64,000 bases of DNA from an uncultured Lachnospiraceae bacterium (GTDB lineage: Bacteria; Bacillota; Clostridia; Lachnospirales; Lachnospiraceae), in the NCBI GenBank assembly GCA_944381535.1, contig CALWLN010000214.1, positions 40,242 through 104,241 of the forward strand, read 5' to 3'. The notes beneath the pieces are model-generated. The model was not told the origin of the DNA and made no database searches. It was given only the letters and a program-made list of their open reading frames with translations. A program made the translations under genes and the position numbers. Of this stretch, positions 33,835-44,043 are shown one piece after another (the stretch's first letter is position 1; each line of letters begins with the position of its first letter).

Positions 33835-35364
33835 CTACGCCTCCGCCTCCATCAATCGCAGCAGCTCCGGCTCCAGTCCCAGAAGCCCGCAGATACGAAT
33901 GGCGTCCCGGGGGCACTCCTCCCGCTCCCGGACTTGATAAATGCCGTAGTTCATATAATTTGAAATAATATCAATCCTTTTCCGGGAATCCGCAGACTTG
34001 ATCTCCGCGGACAGCCTCTCCATATCCGCATCCGCAAGACCGGCTGCCTGGTAGTGATAATCGGCGTCCTGGGCCACATGGTCGTAGTGGGTGGCCAGAA
34101 CAGCCATGACAGGTCTCTCCTTTAAATATCTCACCACCGCCTTTACGATGGCGGCGCCCTCATCTGGGTTGGTTCCCCGGGCAAGCTCATCAAAAATAAG
34201 GAGCGCATAGCCCTCCCTCTGACACGCAAGGGCCTTCTTAAGCTGCACCATCTCCCCACCGAAGCTGGACAACCCGTCCCGGGGGGACTGATATTCCTCC
34301 GTGATAAGGCAGATATCATCGAAAACGGGAATCCGTGCTTCCCCGGCGCAGACGAAAAAGCCGCTCAGCGCCAGCACCACATTGAGGGCGATGGTCTTAA
34401 GGGCCACGCTCTTTCCGCCCATGTTTGCACCGGTGATGACGGCGGTTCCGTTGTCCATGGCGAAGGATATAGGGGTAAAGGTCTTTCCCCGCTCCCGGAG
34501 TCCTTCCGCCAGCTCCGGATTTGTCATGTCCCGAAGACTTAACGTGTGATCAGTCAGTTCCGGGCAGACTCCATGGCAGCCCAACGCCAGCTTGGTTTTC
34601 TGCAGAAGGAAATCCAGACGGCCCATGGCCCTTACATTTTCCCACAGGAAAGGAAACCATGGACGGAGCTTCTCAGTAAGCTCTGCTCGAATCCGCATCT
34701 GGATACGTTCCTCCTCCGCCACCGCCTCGCTGCGCTCTGCCAGGAGCCTCCGGCGTCTTTCCTGAGAATACGCAGGGTACTCTCCCTGGACGTCTTCCTG
34801 GCGAAGAGTCGCGTCCGGCGCCTTCTCTTCCTCCAGGATGTCTTCCCAGCGAAGGACCGCCTCAAGCCTCTTTTTTTCTTCCCGCACCGCTTTCAGCTCC
34901 GGCGCGTAAGCGTCAGAAATATAAAAACCCGGCAGGCGGCGTCCTTCCGGGTCTAATAGGTCCAGGGCGGGAGCGGTGTCCGCAAAGACGATTTCCGAAA
35001 GCCGCAGCCCAGGATTGTCCTCATAGAGCCGGCGCAGCTTTTCGCTCTGGAGCAGGAACTGCTTTAATTCGAAGAGTTCCAGGTCCGTGAGCACGCTTTC
35101 AGCCCCCTTTTTCAAGGTGCCCCGGATTTCCTTGACATTCATAAGAATCAATTCCAGACTGTCCCAGCGGTTTTTGTTTGCCTCATAGCTGTCCACAAGG
35201 CAGCTAAGGCGGCAAAGCTCCTCTTTTAAGGCCTCCCGCTCCTCTCCCGGATAGGGAGCAGCCTGTTTCACCAGCTCCTGCCCATAAACGCAGTTGGGTC
35301 TTAGGGAGTCCAGCAAATATTGAAACCCCAGGGATTTTTTTTGCTCAAAGGTCAATGTAATCAT
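33835..35364 (-). CDS. MutS-related ATPase (domain V only; no mismatch-binding or Smr domain)
   Basis: Walker A GANMGGKSVALKTIAL, Walker B LLIFDELARGTNP, and the ATHY motif. The N-terminal half is helical. The ATG at 35364 sits behind GGAGG and overlaps the upstream gene by 20 nt. Confidence 0.7.
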   Translation of the reverse strand: MITLTFEQKKSLGFQYLLDSLRPNCVYGQELVKQAAPYPGEEREALKEELCRLSCLVDSYEANKNRWDSLELILMNVKEIRGTLKKGAESVLTDLELFELKQFLLQSEKLRRLYEDNPGLRLSEIVFADTAPALDLLDPEGRRLPGFYISDAYAPELKAVREEKKRLEAVLRWEDILEEEKAPDATLRQEDVQGEYPAYSQERRRRLLAERSEAVAEEERIQMRIRAELTEKLRPWFPFLWENVRAMGRLDFLLQKTKLALGCHGVCPELTDHTLSLRDMTNPELAEGLRERGKTFTPISFAMDNGTAVITGANMGGKSVALKTIALNVVLALSGFFVCAGEARIPVFDDICLITEEYQSPRDGLSSFGGEMVQLKKALACQREGYALLIFDELARGTNPDEGAAIVKAVVRYLKERPVMAVLATHYDHVAQDADYHYQAAGLADADMERLSAEIKSADSRKRIDIISNYMNYGIYQVREREECPRDAIRICGLLGLEPELLRLMEAEA

Positions 35365-36403
35365 CACAGTCCTCCAGAACGTCTATCACCGGCAGGGATA
35401 CGGCATTTTCCATGCGCTCCCGAAATTCCGCTTTGTCAAAATGGTCCCCATAGGCGGAAAAAGGATTGATACAGACCGCCAGGAGCGCGATTTCCTCAAG
35501 CACCGCCAGCCTGGCGCCTTTCTGATACAGCTTTTCACAAACCTCACGGCTCAGCAGAATTTTACTGCTGTCCTCAGCCAGAAAAAGGTGTCCCCTCAGA
35601 GGGATGTTAGACAGTAAAAGGGGCCTTACCACTGCGTCTGTCACAGCTCCCTCCAGCCATACCATGGGGTAATCGGCATTTTCCCTCTCCCTCAGAGCAT
35701 CCACCAGGTTCTTCCCAGGCCCAGCGGCACGGCAGTTTCCTTCCGGGTCCAGAAACAACAGCTTTTCGAAAGGAGCTTTTTTCCCCTGCCACTGCCGGAT
35801 GGCAAAGGCCGCCGCTTTCCCTGCCTCTGCCGTAATCTGAAGCAAACTACAGATATAGGCGGTATCCGCAATCACCCTCGTTATATCTCTATGGTAGGAG
35901 GCACCAGCGCAGAGGATGACAGCCTGGGCCACCTGTCTGCTGCACAGGGATCTGCGGCTGACGGCTCCGTCGATCAAGATTTTATCCGGGCCGTATGCCC
36001 GGAACATGGCGGACAGTTCTATGAGCTGTCGGTTGGTGGAAGGCCCCGCCAAATCGATAAAGCCGTCGCTTCTGGTCCTAACCAGCACCACCTCCCCCAG
36101 AGGGGTGTGGATTCCGGTGGTTTTCAGAATCTCCCCGGTGGTGTCACAGTTCCGCAAAAGCCCTGCTGCCGTGGCAAAAAGAGTTCCCTCCCTGACGTAA
36201 ATCCGCGGCTTTCCGGTACCGGTCACCACATCCACAGTCTCTCCGTCCCGGCCGATGGAGGTCAGTGCCACCCTGGTATCCTTCTGCCCCAATTCCCGGA
36301 GCAGATAGTTCAGCACGGTGGTTTTCCCAGCGTTTTTGCACATGCCCGCCAGGGACAGAGAGGTATAATTTTCTAATAAACTGCTCAACCCTTCCGGCCT
36401 CAT
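35345..36403 (-). CDS. Uncharacterised P-loop NTPase
   Basis: Walker A-like LAGMCKNAGKTTVLNYL and a Walker B-like KILIDGA. I recognise no further family. The ATG at 36403 lies 2 nt after the ytvI stop. Confidence 0.5.
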   Translation of the reverse strand: MRPEGLSSLLENYTSLSLAGMCKNAGKTTVLNYLLRELGQKDTRVALTSIGRDGETVDVVTGTGKPRIYVREGTLFATAAGLLRNCDTTGEILKTTGIHTPLGEVVLVRTRSDGFIDLAGPSTNRQLIELSAMFRAYGPDKILIDGAVSRRSLCSRQVAQAVILCAGASYHRDITRVIADTAYICSLLQITAEAGKAAAFAIRQWQGKKAPFEKLLFLDPEGNCRAAGPGKNLVDALRERENADYPMVWLEGAVTDAVVRPLLLSNIPLRGHLFLAEDSSKILLSREVCEKLYQKGARLAVLEEIALLAVCINPFSAYGDHFDKAEFRERMENAVSLPVIDVLEDCDDYIDL

Positions 36404-36405
36404 AA

Positions 36406-37536
36406 TCAATCCTTTTTTATCTTCCGAAACTCATTAAAATCATGAACCAGCTCCTTGAGACACCAGATCTGATTGTCAAACACCCCGGCCCTGTAAAGAT
36501 TGATTAGGATCATTCCGATGGGGACCGCCACAATCATTCCGATCACACCGCTCAATCGAAATCCGATAAACATAAAAATCAGAGTTGCCAGGGGATTCAT
36601 CCCGATGGAATCTCCCACAAGCTTCGGCTGAATCACCTGCCGCACCACCTGGGTGATGACGTACAGAATGATCAGCGCAATGGCCATCCGGTAATCTCCG
36701 GACAGAATCTTGATGATGGCCCAGGGTCCCAGCACCGTACCCGTTCCAAAGAAGGGCAACATATCCAGAAAGGCGATGATAAAGCCCACCAGCAGGAAAT
36801 AGTCCACCTTCAGAATCATAAGGCCGATGATCACGATAACGTACACCACTGCCATGATTTTCAACTGCGCCTTAAAGTAACCGCCCACCACATGCTTTAA
36901 ATCCTTCAGAACCGTAATGACATTTTTCTGAATGGATTCCGGCATATGGGCATTGATCAGAGCATGAATTTTATCCCGGTCCGCCGTAAAAAAGTAGGCC
37001 GACAGGATACTCATAATAATGCCGATCAAGGTACCCGGCACATTTTTGGCGAAATTGCCTGCCGCCTCAAAGGTCGGCTCTCCAATGGCCTGTACGAGAC
37101 TGCTGATATAGGTGGACAGATTGGCAGTCACATCAAAAAGCGTGTTCTCCACATCCCCCGGAAGCTTCTCCAGAAACACCTTCAGATTATCCCCGATAGT
37201 CTTAAATTCCTCCGACAGATTCTGGTAAAATTCCGGAAAGCTGTTGATGAAATTTACGACTTCTTCCGTAAGCTTCAGCCCCGCGAAATAGAAAAGCAAG
37301 ATCACCAGGGCCAGCACTCCGATAATGATGATCATGGAGCCGTGCTTGCGGACGATCTTCAGCCGTTTTTCAAAAAAGCGCACCAGAGGATTGGCAATCC
37401 AGGAAATGATATAGCCCACCACGAAGGGCATGAAAAATACCAGCAGCCTGGGCGCAAAGTAAACAAACACAACAATGGTGAACACTCCCACCAACAGATT
37501 TGCCAGTATTTTTAAATATTTAACGGACTTTTTCAT
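36406..37536 (-). CDS. ytvI: AI-2E family transporter / sporulation integral membrane protein YtvI-like
   Basis: 376-aa polytopic protein with the family's C-terminal motif (LPFFGTGTVLGPWA, PLATLIFMFIG). Confidence 0.7.
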   Translation of the reverse strand: MKKSVKYLKILANLLVGVFTIVVFVYFAPRLLVFFMPFVVGYIISWIANPLVRFFEKRLKIVRKHGSMIIIIGVLALVILLFYFAGLKLTEEVVNFINSFPEFYQNLSEEFKTIGDNLKVFLEKLPGDVENTLFDVTANLSTYISSLVQAIGEPTFEAAGNFAKNVPGTLIGIIMSILSAYFFTADRDKIHALINAHMPESIQKNVITVLKDLKHVVGGYFKAQLKIMAVVYVIVIIGLMILKVDYFLLVGFIIAFLDMLPFFGTGTVLGPWAIIKILSGDYRMAIALIILYVITQVVRQVIQPKLVGDSIGMNPLATLIFMFIGFRLSGVIGMIVAVPIGMILINLYRAGVFDNQIWCLKELVHDFNEFRKIKKD

Positions 37537-37564
37537 ACCATCGCCCCCTTATCTGCCAACTGCT

Positions 37565-38308
37565 CTATCGCTTCTCTACCCCGTATTTTCTGGTCAGTTC
37601 CGCCACCTTTTTGTCGTAGGCCGCCCGCTGCTTCTGCTGCAGCAGCTCCTGGTGTATCTGGCTCTGCGCCTTTTCAAAAGGCGTGTCGCTGCCCTCTTTC
37701 TTGTCATCCACCCAGATCAAATGGTATCCAAACTGGGTCCGTACCGGTCCGATGAGGGTGCGAAGTTCCCCGTCAAAGGCCGCCTTTTCAAATTCCGGCA
37801 CCATCTGTCCCCTGGAGAAGAAGCCCAGATCGCCCCCCTGTTCCTTGGAAGGACAGGTGGAATATTCTCTCGCCGCGTCCTCGAAGCTCTTGCCGTCCCT
37901 GATCTCGGCCGCCACCTTTCCCGCCAATTCCTCGCTGTCCACCAGAATGTGCCTGGCGGATACCTGGGGACCTTTCACAAACTGGACTTTATGGGCTTCA
38001 TAGAAGGCTTTTTCTTCCTCCGGGGTAACGGATACCCCCTCCACAGTCCGGGTGGCCGCCATATGGCTGGCCAGCTCCACCCGCATATTCTCAAGAGTGG
38101 TCAGATACTCCTCACTCTCCATGATTTTTTCCTCCTCGGCCATTCTGGCAAAGAGGTGAAAGGCGATAAGCTGCTCCAAAACCTGCTCTTTGGCCCTGGG
38201 GTCCGACAGATACACCTGCTGCTCCGGCGGATAATTGTGAATCAGCCGCATGAGCTCTCCCTCCGTAATCTCATGTCCTGCGGCTACCGCCAAAATCTTG
38301 TCACTCAT
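37565..38308 (-). CDS. Parvulin-type peptidyl-prolyl cis-trans isomerase (PrsA/SurA-like, no obvious signal peptide)
   Basis: Rotamase motifs ARHILV, DLGFFSRGQMVPEFE and FGYHLIWV. Confidence 0.8.
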   Translation of the reverse strand: MSDKILAVAAGHEITEGELMRLIHNYPPEQQVYLSDPRAKEQVLEQLIAFHLFARMAEEEKIMESEEYLTTLENMRVELASHMAATRTVEGVSVTPEEEKAFYEAHKVQFVKGPQVSARHILVDSEELAGKVAAEIRDGKSFEDAAREYSTCPSKEQGGDLGFFSRGQMVPEFEKAAFDGELRTLIGPVRTQFGYHLIWVDDKKEGSDTPFEKAQSQIHQELLQQKQRAAYDKKVAELTRKYGVEKR

Positions 38309-38368
38309 AGAAGTCTCCTTTCATTTTCTGCCGTATAAATTACTTTTCGGTGTTTTGCGGGTCCCAAA

Positions 38369-38403
38369 GTCATGCTTTTTCATGCAAGCATGAAACGCAT
38401 GAC
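38369..38403. repeat. Nested inverted repeat built from TCATGC/GCATGA units
   Basis: GTCATGCTTTTTCATGC-AA-GCATGAAACGCATGAC lies between the znuB stop and the PPIase start. It could be a weak terminator or an operator. Confidence 0.4.
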
Positions 38404-38418
38404 CTTTTGACCCTGGTA

Positions 38419-39231
38419 TCATGATAATTTTCTGCCGTAAAAATAAGTGGCAAAATATAAAACCGACGCGATAATGACAATGGTGGGCCCGGTGGCCACA
38501 TTGGTATAATAGGAGATGATCAGCCCCAGCACTCCGGAAAACATGGAGAACAGCACCGCAAAAAAGTGATACTCCCGCAGGTTGCCGGACAGATTCCTGG
38601 CGGCGGCTGCCGGCAGAATCAACAGGGCGTTTATGATAAGAATCCCCACCCACTTGATGGACAGCATGACGATCAGCGCCACCAACACCGCGAAAAGGTA
38701 CTCCAACAGGGTTACCGGAATTCCCTTGCTCTTGGCCAGCGTCCGGTGCATGCTTAAGGCGAAAAGCCCGTTGCCGCACAGGCACCAGAACACCAGCGTC
38801 ACAAGGAAGATCACCAGCAAATACAGAATTTCCTTCCTGGTAATGCTTAAAACATCTCCCACCAGCAGGCTGGAATACTGGCTGAAATTGCCGCCTCTGG
38901 AGAGAATGGCCAGACCCACGGCAATGCTGAAAGAGGAAAATACGGAAATGACCGTGTCGGTATTTGCCGTATTCCTGCTGCTGATTTTGTTGAGCAGCAC
39001 CGCAAACACAATGGCAAATACGATCATGGACAGGTTGGTGTCCGTCACCCCCAGCACCACGCCCACGGCTATGCCCGTCAGGGCGCTGTGCCCCAGAGCG
39101 TCAGAGAAAAAGGCCATTTTCCGGCTGACGATCATGGTTCCCAGAAGTCCGAACAGGGGCGTGATGATCAGGATAGCCACAAAGGCCAGCTTCATAAAAT
39201 CAAACTGAAGCCAGGAAAAGATACCGCTCAT
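38419..39231 (-). CDS. znuB: Metal (Zn/Mn) ABC transporter permease
   Basis: 270-aa ABC-3 family membrane protein. It overlaps the ATPase gene by 4 nt. Confidence 0.8.
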   Translation of the reverse strand: MSGIFSWLQFDFMKLAFVAILIITPLFGLLGTMIVSRKMAFFSDALGHSALTGIAVGVVLGVTDTNLSMIVFAIVFAVLLNKISSRNTANTDTVISVFSSFSIAVGLAILSRGGNFSQYSSLLVGDVLSITRKEILYLLVIFLVTLVFWCLCGNGLFALSMHRTLAKSKGIPVTLLEYLFAVLVALIVMLSIKWVGILIINALLILPAAAARNLSGNLREYHFFAVLFSMFSGVLGLIISYYTNVATGPTIVIIASVLYFATYFYGRKLS

Positions 39232-40013
39232 TGTGAACCGCCTCCCTTCTCACGGAGGCTTCCGGTTCCAAACACCCGCTGGAATTCCTCGCTTGCGTAT
39301 ACCTCACGCGCCGCCCCCTGCTTTAACACTTCCCGGTCCAACAAAATCACCCAATCCGCATATTTGGCCACGTAGTCCAGATCATGGGAGATTAAAATGA
39401 TCGCCAGATCAAACTCCTCCTTCAAACGGTGGATGGTCCTGTAAAAAAGCTCCATGCCGTTCTGGTCAATGCCTGACACGGGCTCATCCAGCAAAAGCAG
39501 ATTTGGCTCGTCCATGACGGCCATGGACAGAAGCACCCGCTGAAGCTCTCCTCCGGACAGGTTGCAGACCTGCTTGTCCAGCAGCTCCTCCGCCTGAAAA
39601 ATCTCCAGATATTCTTTAATCCTGGCGGCCAACTTTCCGCTCTTTTTCAAAAATACCGGAATCCTGCTCTGACAGCAAGCGATCATATCGTACACGCTCA
39701 CCGGCGTATCCTTGTCAACATTCAGAGACTGGGGTACATAGCCCACCTTCAGCCGCTGCATGCGTCCGTCCTCGGTGTTCTTAAATTCAATCTGGCCGCT
39801 GTGGGGAATATCCCCCAGGATTGCCCGTATCAAGGTGGATTTTCCGGCGCCGTTCTTGCCGATCAGAGCATTCAGGGAGCCGCAGTGGATATGGAGATTT
39901 ACATCCTTCAAAATTTCCTGCTCCCCGATAGTCACCGACAGATGGTGTACCTTGATACAGTGGAGGCCGCAGGGTTTTCTTATCCTGCCGGACAGTTCTC
40001 CGAACTTCTTCAT
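39228..40013 (-). CDS. znuC: Metal ABC transporter ATP-binding protein
   Basis: Walker A GKNGAGKST, signature LSGGELQR, Walker B LLLLDEP. Confidence 0.85.
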   Translation of the reverse strand: MKKFGELSGRIRKPCGLHCIKVHHLSVTIGEQEILKDVNLHIHCGSLNALIGKNGAGKSTLIRAILGDIPHSGQIEFKNTEDGRMQRLKVGYVPQSLNVDKDTPVSVYDMIACCQSRIPVFLKKSGKLAARIKEYLEIFQAEELLDKQVCNLSGGELQRVLLSMAVMDEPNLLLLDEPVSGIDQNGMELFYRTIHRLKEEFDLAIILISHDLDYVAKYADWVILLDREVLKQGAAREVYASEEFQRVFGTGSLREKGGGSQ

Positions 40014-40014
40014 G

Positions 40015-41019
40015 TCATGCTTCCTCCTTTGCGGCGAAGGCTTCCTTTAAAATCTCAAGATTTTCTTCCATGCCCCGAAGCCAGCGGTCCGCTGTGGCGC
40101 TGTCTTTGGTCAAAAAGCCGTCTGTTCCCGTCCCTCGGGTTGCGGTATCGCCGGCGCTGTCCGCCCGGGTCAAGGTATCGAGATAGTAGACCCTGCAGTC
40201 TGTCTCTGCCTCTATGGTATCACCCATATCCCTTCCATACAAGTCCTCCGCCAAAATAATTTGTATATTTTCGCGTTCAATCAGCGCGATCAGATCCGCC
40301 ACCTCTCCGGCGCTGACCTGACGCTCCTCATCCAGGTTTAAAAGGCCCTCCACGGAAAGGGCGTAATCCTCCGCCAGATAAACAAAGGCCTCATGAAACA
40401 GTATCACCGGCTGCCCCGCTGTCACTGCCTTTAAGTCCGACACTTCCGCCTCAAAGGCTCTGATCTTTACAAGATACGCCTCTGCCTGCTCCTCATAGTA
40501 GGACCCATGGGCGGAGTCTGTTTCCATCAGGCCATCCCGTATCGCCTCAATCTGCTCCATATAGTAGCCAACGCTCATCAAGGCATGGGCGTTTTCAGAA
40601 TGGGTATGACCGGAATGAGCATTTTCGGAAGTCTCCTCCCCAAAAATCGCCGCTCCGGCATTGATGACTACAAGATCCGGGTACTCCGAGGCCACCTCCG
40701 TGAGGAAGCTCTCCATGCCGCCCCCGTTGACGACGAACACATCCGCCTCCGATAAGAGCTGCATGTCCTGGGGTGTCAGTTGAAAGTCATGGAGACACCC
40801 CGTCTGGGGTTCGCTTAAATTCTCCACCTCCACCCCCTCGCAGCCGCCGGCCACGTTGAGCGTCGCCACATACATAGGGTAAAAGGAGGTCACTATCAAC
40901 AGCTCCTCCTCATCCCTTTGTGTCGTGAGGCGCCCATAGCCCCAGGTAAAGCCGAAGCCCAGAAGGGCGACAGCCAGAAGCAGCACGGTCACAAACACAT
41001 ATTTATTCTTCATCTTCAC
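40015..41019 (-). CDS. znuA: Metal ABC transporter substrate-binding protein (TroA/ZnuA-like, with a His-rich loop)
   Basis: N-terminal signal/anchor sequence. The His-rich acidic loop ETSENAHSGHTHSENAH is typical of zinc-specific ZnuA. Confidence 0.75.
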   Translation of the reverse strand: MKMKNKYVFVTVLLLAVALLGFGFTWGYGRLTTQRDEEELLIVTSFYPMYVATLNVAGGCEGVEVENLSEPQTGCLHDFQLTPQDMQLLSEADVFVVNGGGMESFLTEVASEYPDLVVINAGAAIFGEETSENAHSGHTHSENAHALMSVGYYMEQIEAIRDGLMETDSAHGSYYEEQAEAYLVKIRAFEAEVSDLKAVTAGQPVILFHEAFVYLAEDYALSVEGLLNLDEERQVSAGEVADLIALIERENIQIILAEDLYGRDMGDTIEAETDCRVYYLDTLTRADSAGDTATRGTGTDGFLTKDSATADRWLRGMEENLEILKEAFAAKEEA

Positions 41020-41043
41020 GCCCCTCCTCCGGTATCCGGAATT

Positions 41044-41643
41044 TTATGCTTCCTCCTCACCCAGCACAAGGGAATCCATCACCTGCCAGATCTCCTCCCG
41101 CCCCTGCTTGGTCTGGGCGGAAAAGGGCAGGATCTTCGTTCCCGGTTTCACCAAAAGCCCGTCCCGGATCAGCTTTATCTGCTTTTGTACCTGGCTTCGG
41201 TTGATCTTATCCAGCTTGGTGGCGATGATGATGGGGGCGTATCCCTGGTAGGAAATCCACTCATACATCTGCCTGTCGTTGGCCGAGGGCTCATGACGGA
41301 TATCAATGAGAAGAAATACCGTTTTCAGCTGTTTCGAGCCATGGAGGTAGCGCTCGATCATCTGTCCCCACTGCTCCCGTTGGGTCTGAGACGCTTTGGC
41401 ATAGCCGTATCCCGGCAGATCCACCAGATACATGGCGTCATTGATATTATAAAAATTGATAGTCTGGGTCTTTCCCGGCTGGGCCGAGGTCCGGGCCAGG
41501 GATTTGCGGTTCAAAAGTCCGTTGATCAGAGAGGATTTCCCCACGTTGGACTTCCCCGCAAACGCAATCTCCGGCCGGTTATTTTGGGGCAGTGTGCTGG
41601 TAATGCCACACACCGTCTCCAGATTCACTGATTTTATTACCAT
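41044..41643 (-). CDS. engB: Ribosome biogenesis GTPase YsxC/EngB
   Basis: G1 GKSNVGKSS, G3 DLPGYG and G4 TKLDK. It sits immediately downstream of lon, as in many Firmicutes. Confidence 0.9.
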   Translation of the reverse strand: MVIKSVNLETVCGITSTLPQNNRPEIAFAGKSNVGKSSLINGLLNRKSLARTSAQPGKTQTINFYNINDAMYLVDLPGYGYAKASQTQREQWGQMIERYLHGSKQLKTVFLLIDIRHEPSANDRQMYEWISYQGYAPIIIATKLDKINRSQVQKQIKLIRDGLLVKPGTKILPFSAQTKQGREEIWQVMDSLVLGEEEA

Positions 41644-41644
41644 G

Positions 41645-43975
41645 TTAGTTCTCCTGCTTTGGCACCAATGCCGTCCTTAACACATCCTCCATGGTCTCCA
41701 CGTAAACGATCTCAATGCCTTTTTTGATCTCCGGGGAAATCTCGGCCACATCGGCCTCATTTTTCCGGGGCACACAGACGGTGCGTATGTTGGCGTTCTT
41801 GGCCGCCAGTATTTTTTCCTTGAGACCGCCGATGGGAAGCACCCGCCCCCGGAGGGTGATCTCGCCGGTCATGGCCACATCCGCCCGTACCTTGCGGCCG
41901 GTGATGGCCGACAGCATGGCCGTTGCCATGGTGATACCGGCGGAAGGCCCGTCCTTGGGCACGGCTCCCTCGGGAATGTGAATGTGCAGATCGCGCTCCT
42001 GGAAAAAGTCCTTCGGAATCCCGTAGCTCTCACTGACGGAACGGATGTAGCTGATTCCCGCCTGGGCGGACTCCTTCATCACATCCCCCAGCTGGCCGGT
42101 GAGCCGAAACTCCCCCTTGCCCGGCATAATGTTTACCTCAATCTGCAGGGTGTCGCCGCCCACGCTGGTCCAGGCCAGACCGCGGACAATGCCCACCTCA
42201 TCGCTCTCGTTTGCCAGATTAAAATGATACCGCTCCTTGCCCAGATATTTTTCCAGGTTGCTCTCGGTGATCTTCACCTTCTTGTGGTCGCCGGAATAGA
42301 TTTCCCGGGCGGCTTTCCGGCAGATTTCGCCGATTTTCCGCTCCAGGGAGCGGACGCCCGCCTCCCTGGTATAACCCCGGATGATTTTTTCTAAAGCCCT
42401 GCCGCTGATGGACAGCTGATCCGGCTTTAAGCCGTTCTTCTTAAGCTGCTTGTCAAACAGGTGCTCCCTGGCAATGTGGACTTTCTCGTTCTCCGTATAG
42501 CTGCTGACCTCAATCAGTTCCATCCTGTCCAAAAGGGGCCGTGGAATGGTCTGGGTGGAATTTGCCGTGGCAATGAACAACACCTCCGACAAATCGATGG
42601 GAAGTTCCACGTAATGGTCCCGGAATTTGTGATTCTGCTCCGCGTCCAGCACCTCCAGGAGGGCAGAGGCCGTATCCCCCTTGTAATCGCTGCTGAGCTT
42701 GTCAATCTCGTCCAGCAAGATCAGAGGATTCTTCACCCCGGCGGTTCTTAAGGCGTTGACGATCCGGCCCGGCATAGCTCCCACGTAGGTTTTCCGGTGG
42801 CCTCGGATCTCCGCCTCATCCCGGACGCCTCCGAGACTGATGCGCACGTATTTTTTCTCAAGAGCCCGGGCCACGGACCTGGCAATGCTGGTCTTACCGG
42901 TTCCCGGCGGCCCCACCAGACAGATGATGGGGCTCTCCCCCTTATTCGTTAAGTTGCGCACCGCCAGAAATTCCAACATCCGCTCCTTCACTTTTTCCAG
43001 ACCATAGTGGTCCTCATTCAGAATCTCCTCCGCATGGCGGATATCCTTGTTGTCCCTGGAGGTCTTATTCCAGGGAAGCTCCAGAAGGGTCTCCATGTAA
43101 CCCCGGATGACGGCGCTCTCCGAGGAGCTTGCCGCCACGTTCTTATATCGCTCAATCTCTTTCCTGATCTTGTCCTTCACAGCCTTGTCGGCCTTTAATT
43201 TCCCTGTCTCTTCCAGAAAATGATCCGCGTCCGACTGAGTATTGTCCTCCCCCAACTCCTCCCGGATCAGCTTCATCTGCTCCCGGAGAAGGTATTCCTT
43301 CTGATTCTTATCCACCTTCTCCTTGACCTTAGCCTGAAATTCGTTCTTAATGCGAATCACGTTGATTTCATTTAATAAGATGGTCATCACGGCTTCGTAC
43401 CGCTCTTCCAGACTGACAGCCTCCAGAATCCGCTGTTTCTTCTCATAGCCTGTGGGGAGGTTGTTTCCCACATAATCGATCAGTCTGGACAAGTCGCCCA
43501 TCTCCATGGACTGTCTGGCCAGTTCCTTTCCCGCTTTGGGATTGACTGTGGCATAGGTCGCCAGGGTCTCCTGGATACTCCGCGCCATGGCTTCCGCTAT
43601 CTGGGGCTCATAGGCTTCCGACTCCGCCTCCTCAAAGACGATGACCTCGGTCACCAGATATTCCTCCTGCTCTAAAAAGCCCAGAAGCTCCGCTCGCTTT
43701 TGGCCCTCCACCAGTACCCGTACGATCTCATGCTGCATCTTGATGACCTGCTTGACCTTGGCGATGGTTCCGATTCTGTAAAGCCCACTGATGTCCGGCT
43801 CTTCTTCCTCCACATCCCGCTGGGTCACCAGAAAAATGTCCTGATCCTTCAGCATGGCCTGCTCCAAGGCACGCACGGATTTCTGCCGACTCACATCAAA
43901 ATGAGCCACCATTCCCGGCAGGATAACCATTCCTCTTAAGGCTACTGCCGGGAGTTCTCTTGTCAATTCACTCAT
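41645..43975 (-). CDS. lon: ATP-dependent Lon protease (LonA)
   Basis: Walker [10 protein letters not shown] and protease motif [14 protein letters not shown]. Start set at 43975 (MSELTRELP) behind AGGAGA. Confidence 0.95.
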   Translation of the reverse strand: MSELTRELPAVALRGMVILPGMVAHFDVSRQKSVRALEQAMLKDQDIFLVTQRDVEEEEPDISGLYRIGTIAKVKQVIKMQHEIVRVLVEGQKRAELLGFLEQEEYLVTEVIVFEEAESEAYEPQIAEAMARSIQETLATYATVNPKAGKELARQSMEMGDLSRLIDYVGNNLPTGYEKKQRILEAVSLEERYEAVMTILLNEINVIRIKNEFQAKVKEKVDKNQKEYLLREQMKLIREELGEDNTQSDADHFLEETGKLKADKAVKDKIRKEIERYKNVAASSSESAVIRGYMETLLELPWNKTSRDNKDIRHAEEILNEDHYGLEKVKERMLEFLAVRNLTNKGESPIICLVGPPGTGKTSIARSVARALEKKYVRISLGGVRDEAEIRGHRKTYVGAMPGRIVNALRTAGVKNPLILLDEIDKLSSDYKGDTASALLEVLDAEQNHKFRDHYVELPIDLSEVLFIATANSTQTIPRPLLDRMELIEVSSYTENEKVHIAREHLFDKQLKKNGLKPDQLSISGRALEKIIRGYTREAGVRSLERKIGEICRKAAREIYSGDHKKVKITESNLEKYLGKERYHFNLANESDEVGIVRGLAWTSVGGDTLQIEVNIMPGKGEFRLTGQLGDVMKESAQAGISYIRSVSESYGIPKDFFQERDLHIHIPEGAVPKDGPSAGITMATAMLSAITGRKVRADVAMTGEITLRGRVLPIGGLKEKILAAKNANIRTVCVPRKNEADVAEISPEIKKGIEIVYVETMEDVLRTALVPKQEN

Positions 43976-44043
43976 AATTCTCTCCTGGGCGCTCCTGTCC
44001 ATTCCACACATCAGTAAGGCGCGCCTGTCTCTTCCTGTGGCGC

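Noticed and set aside
37475-38338. 287-aa plus-strand ORF. Similar long antisense ORFs lie at 36946-37515, 40918-41631, 49177-49902, 51110-51823, 55101-55595, 61248-61937 and 62550-63065.
   Set aside because: All lie opposite strongly supported minus-strand genes and lack an RBS or any recognisable domain.
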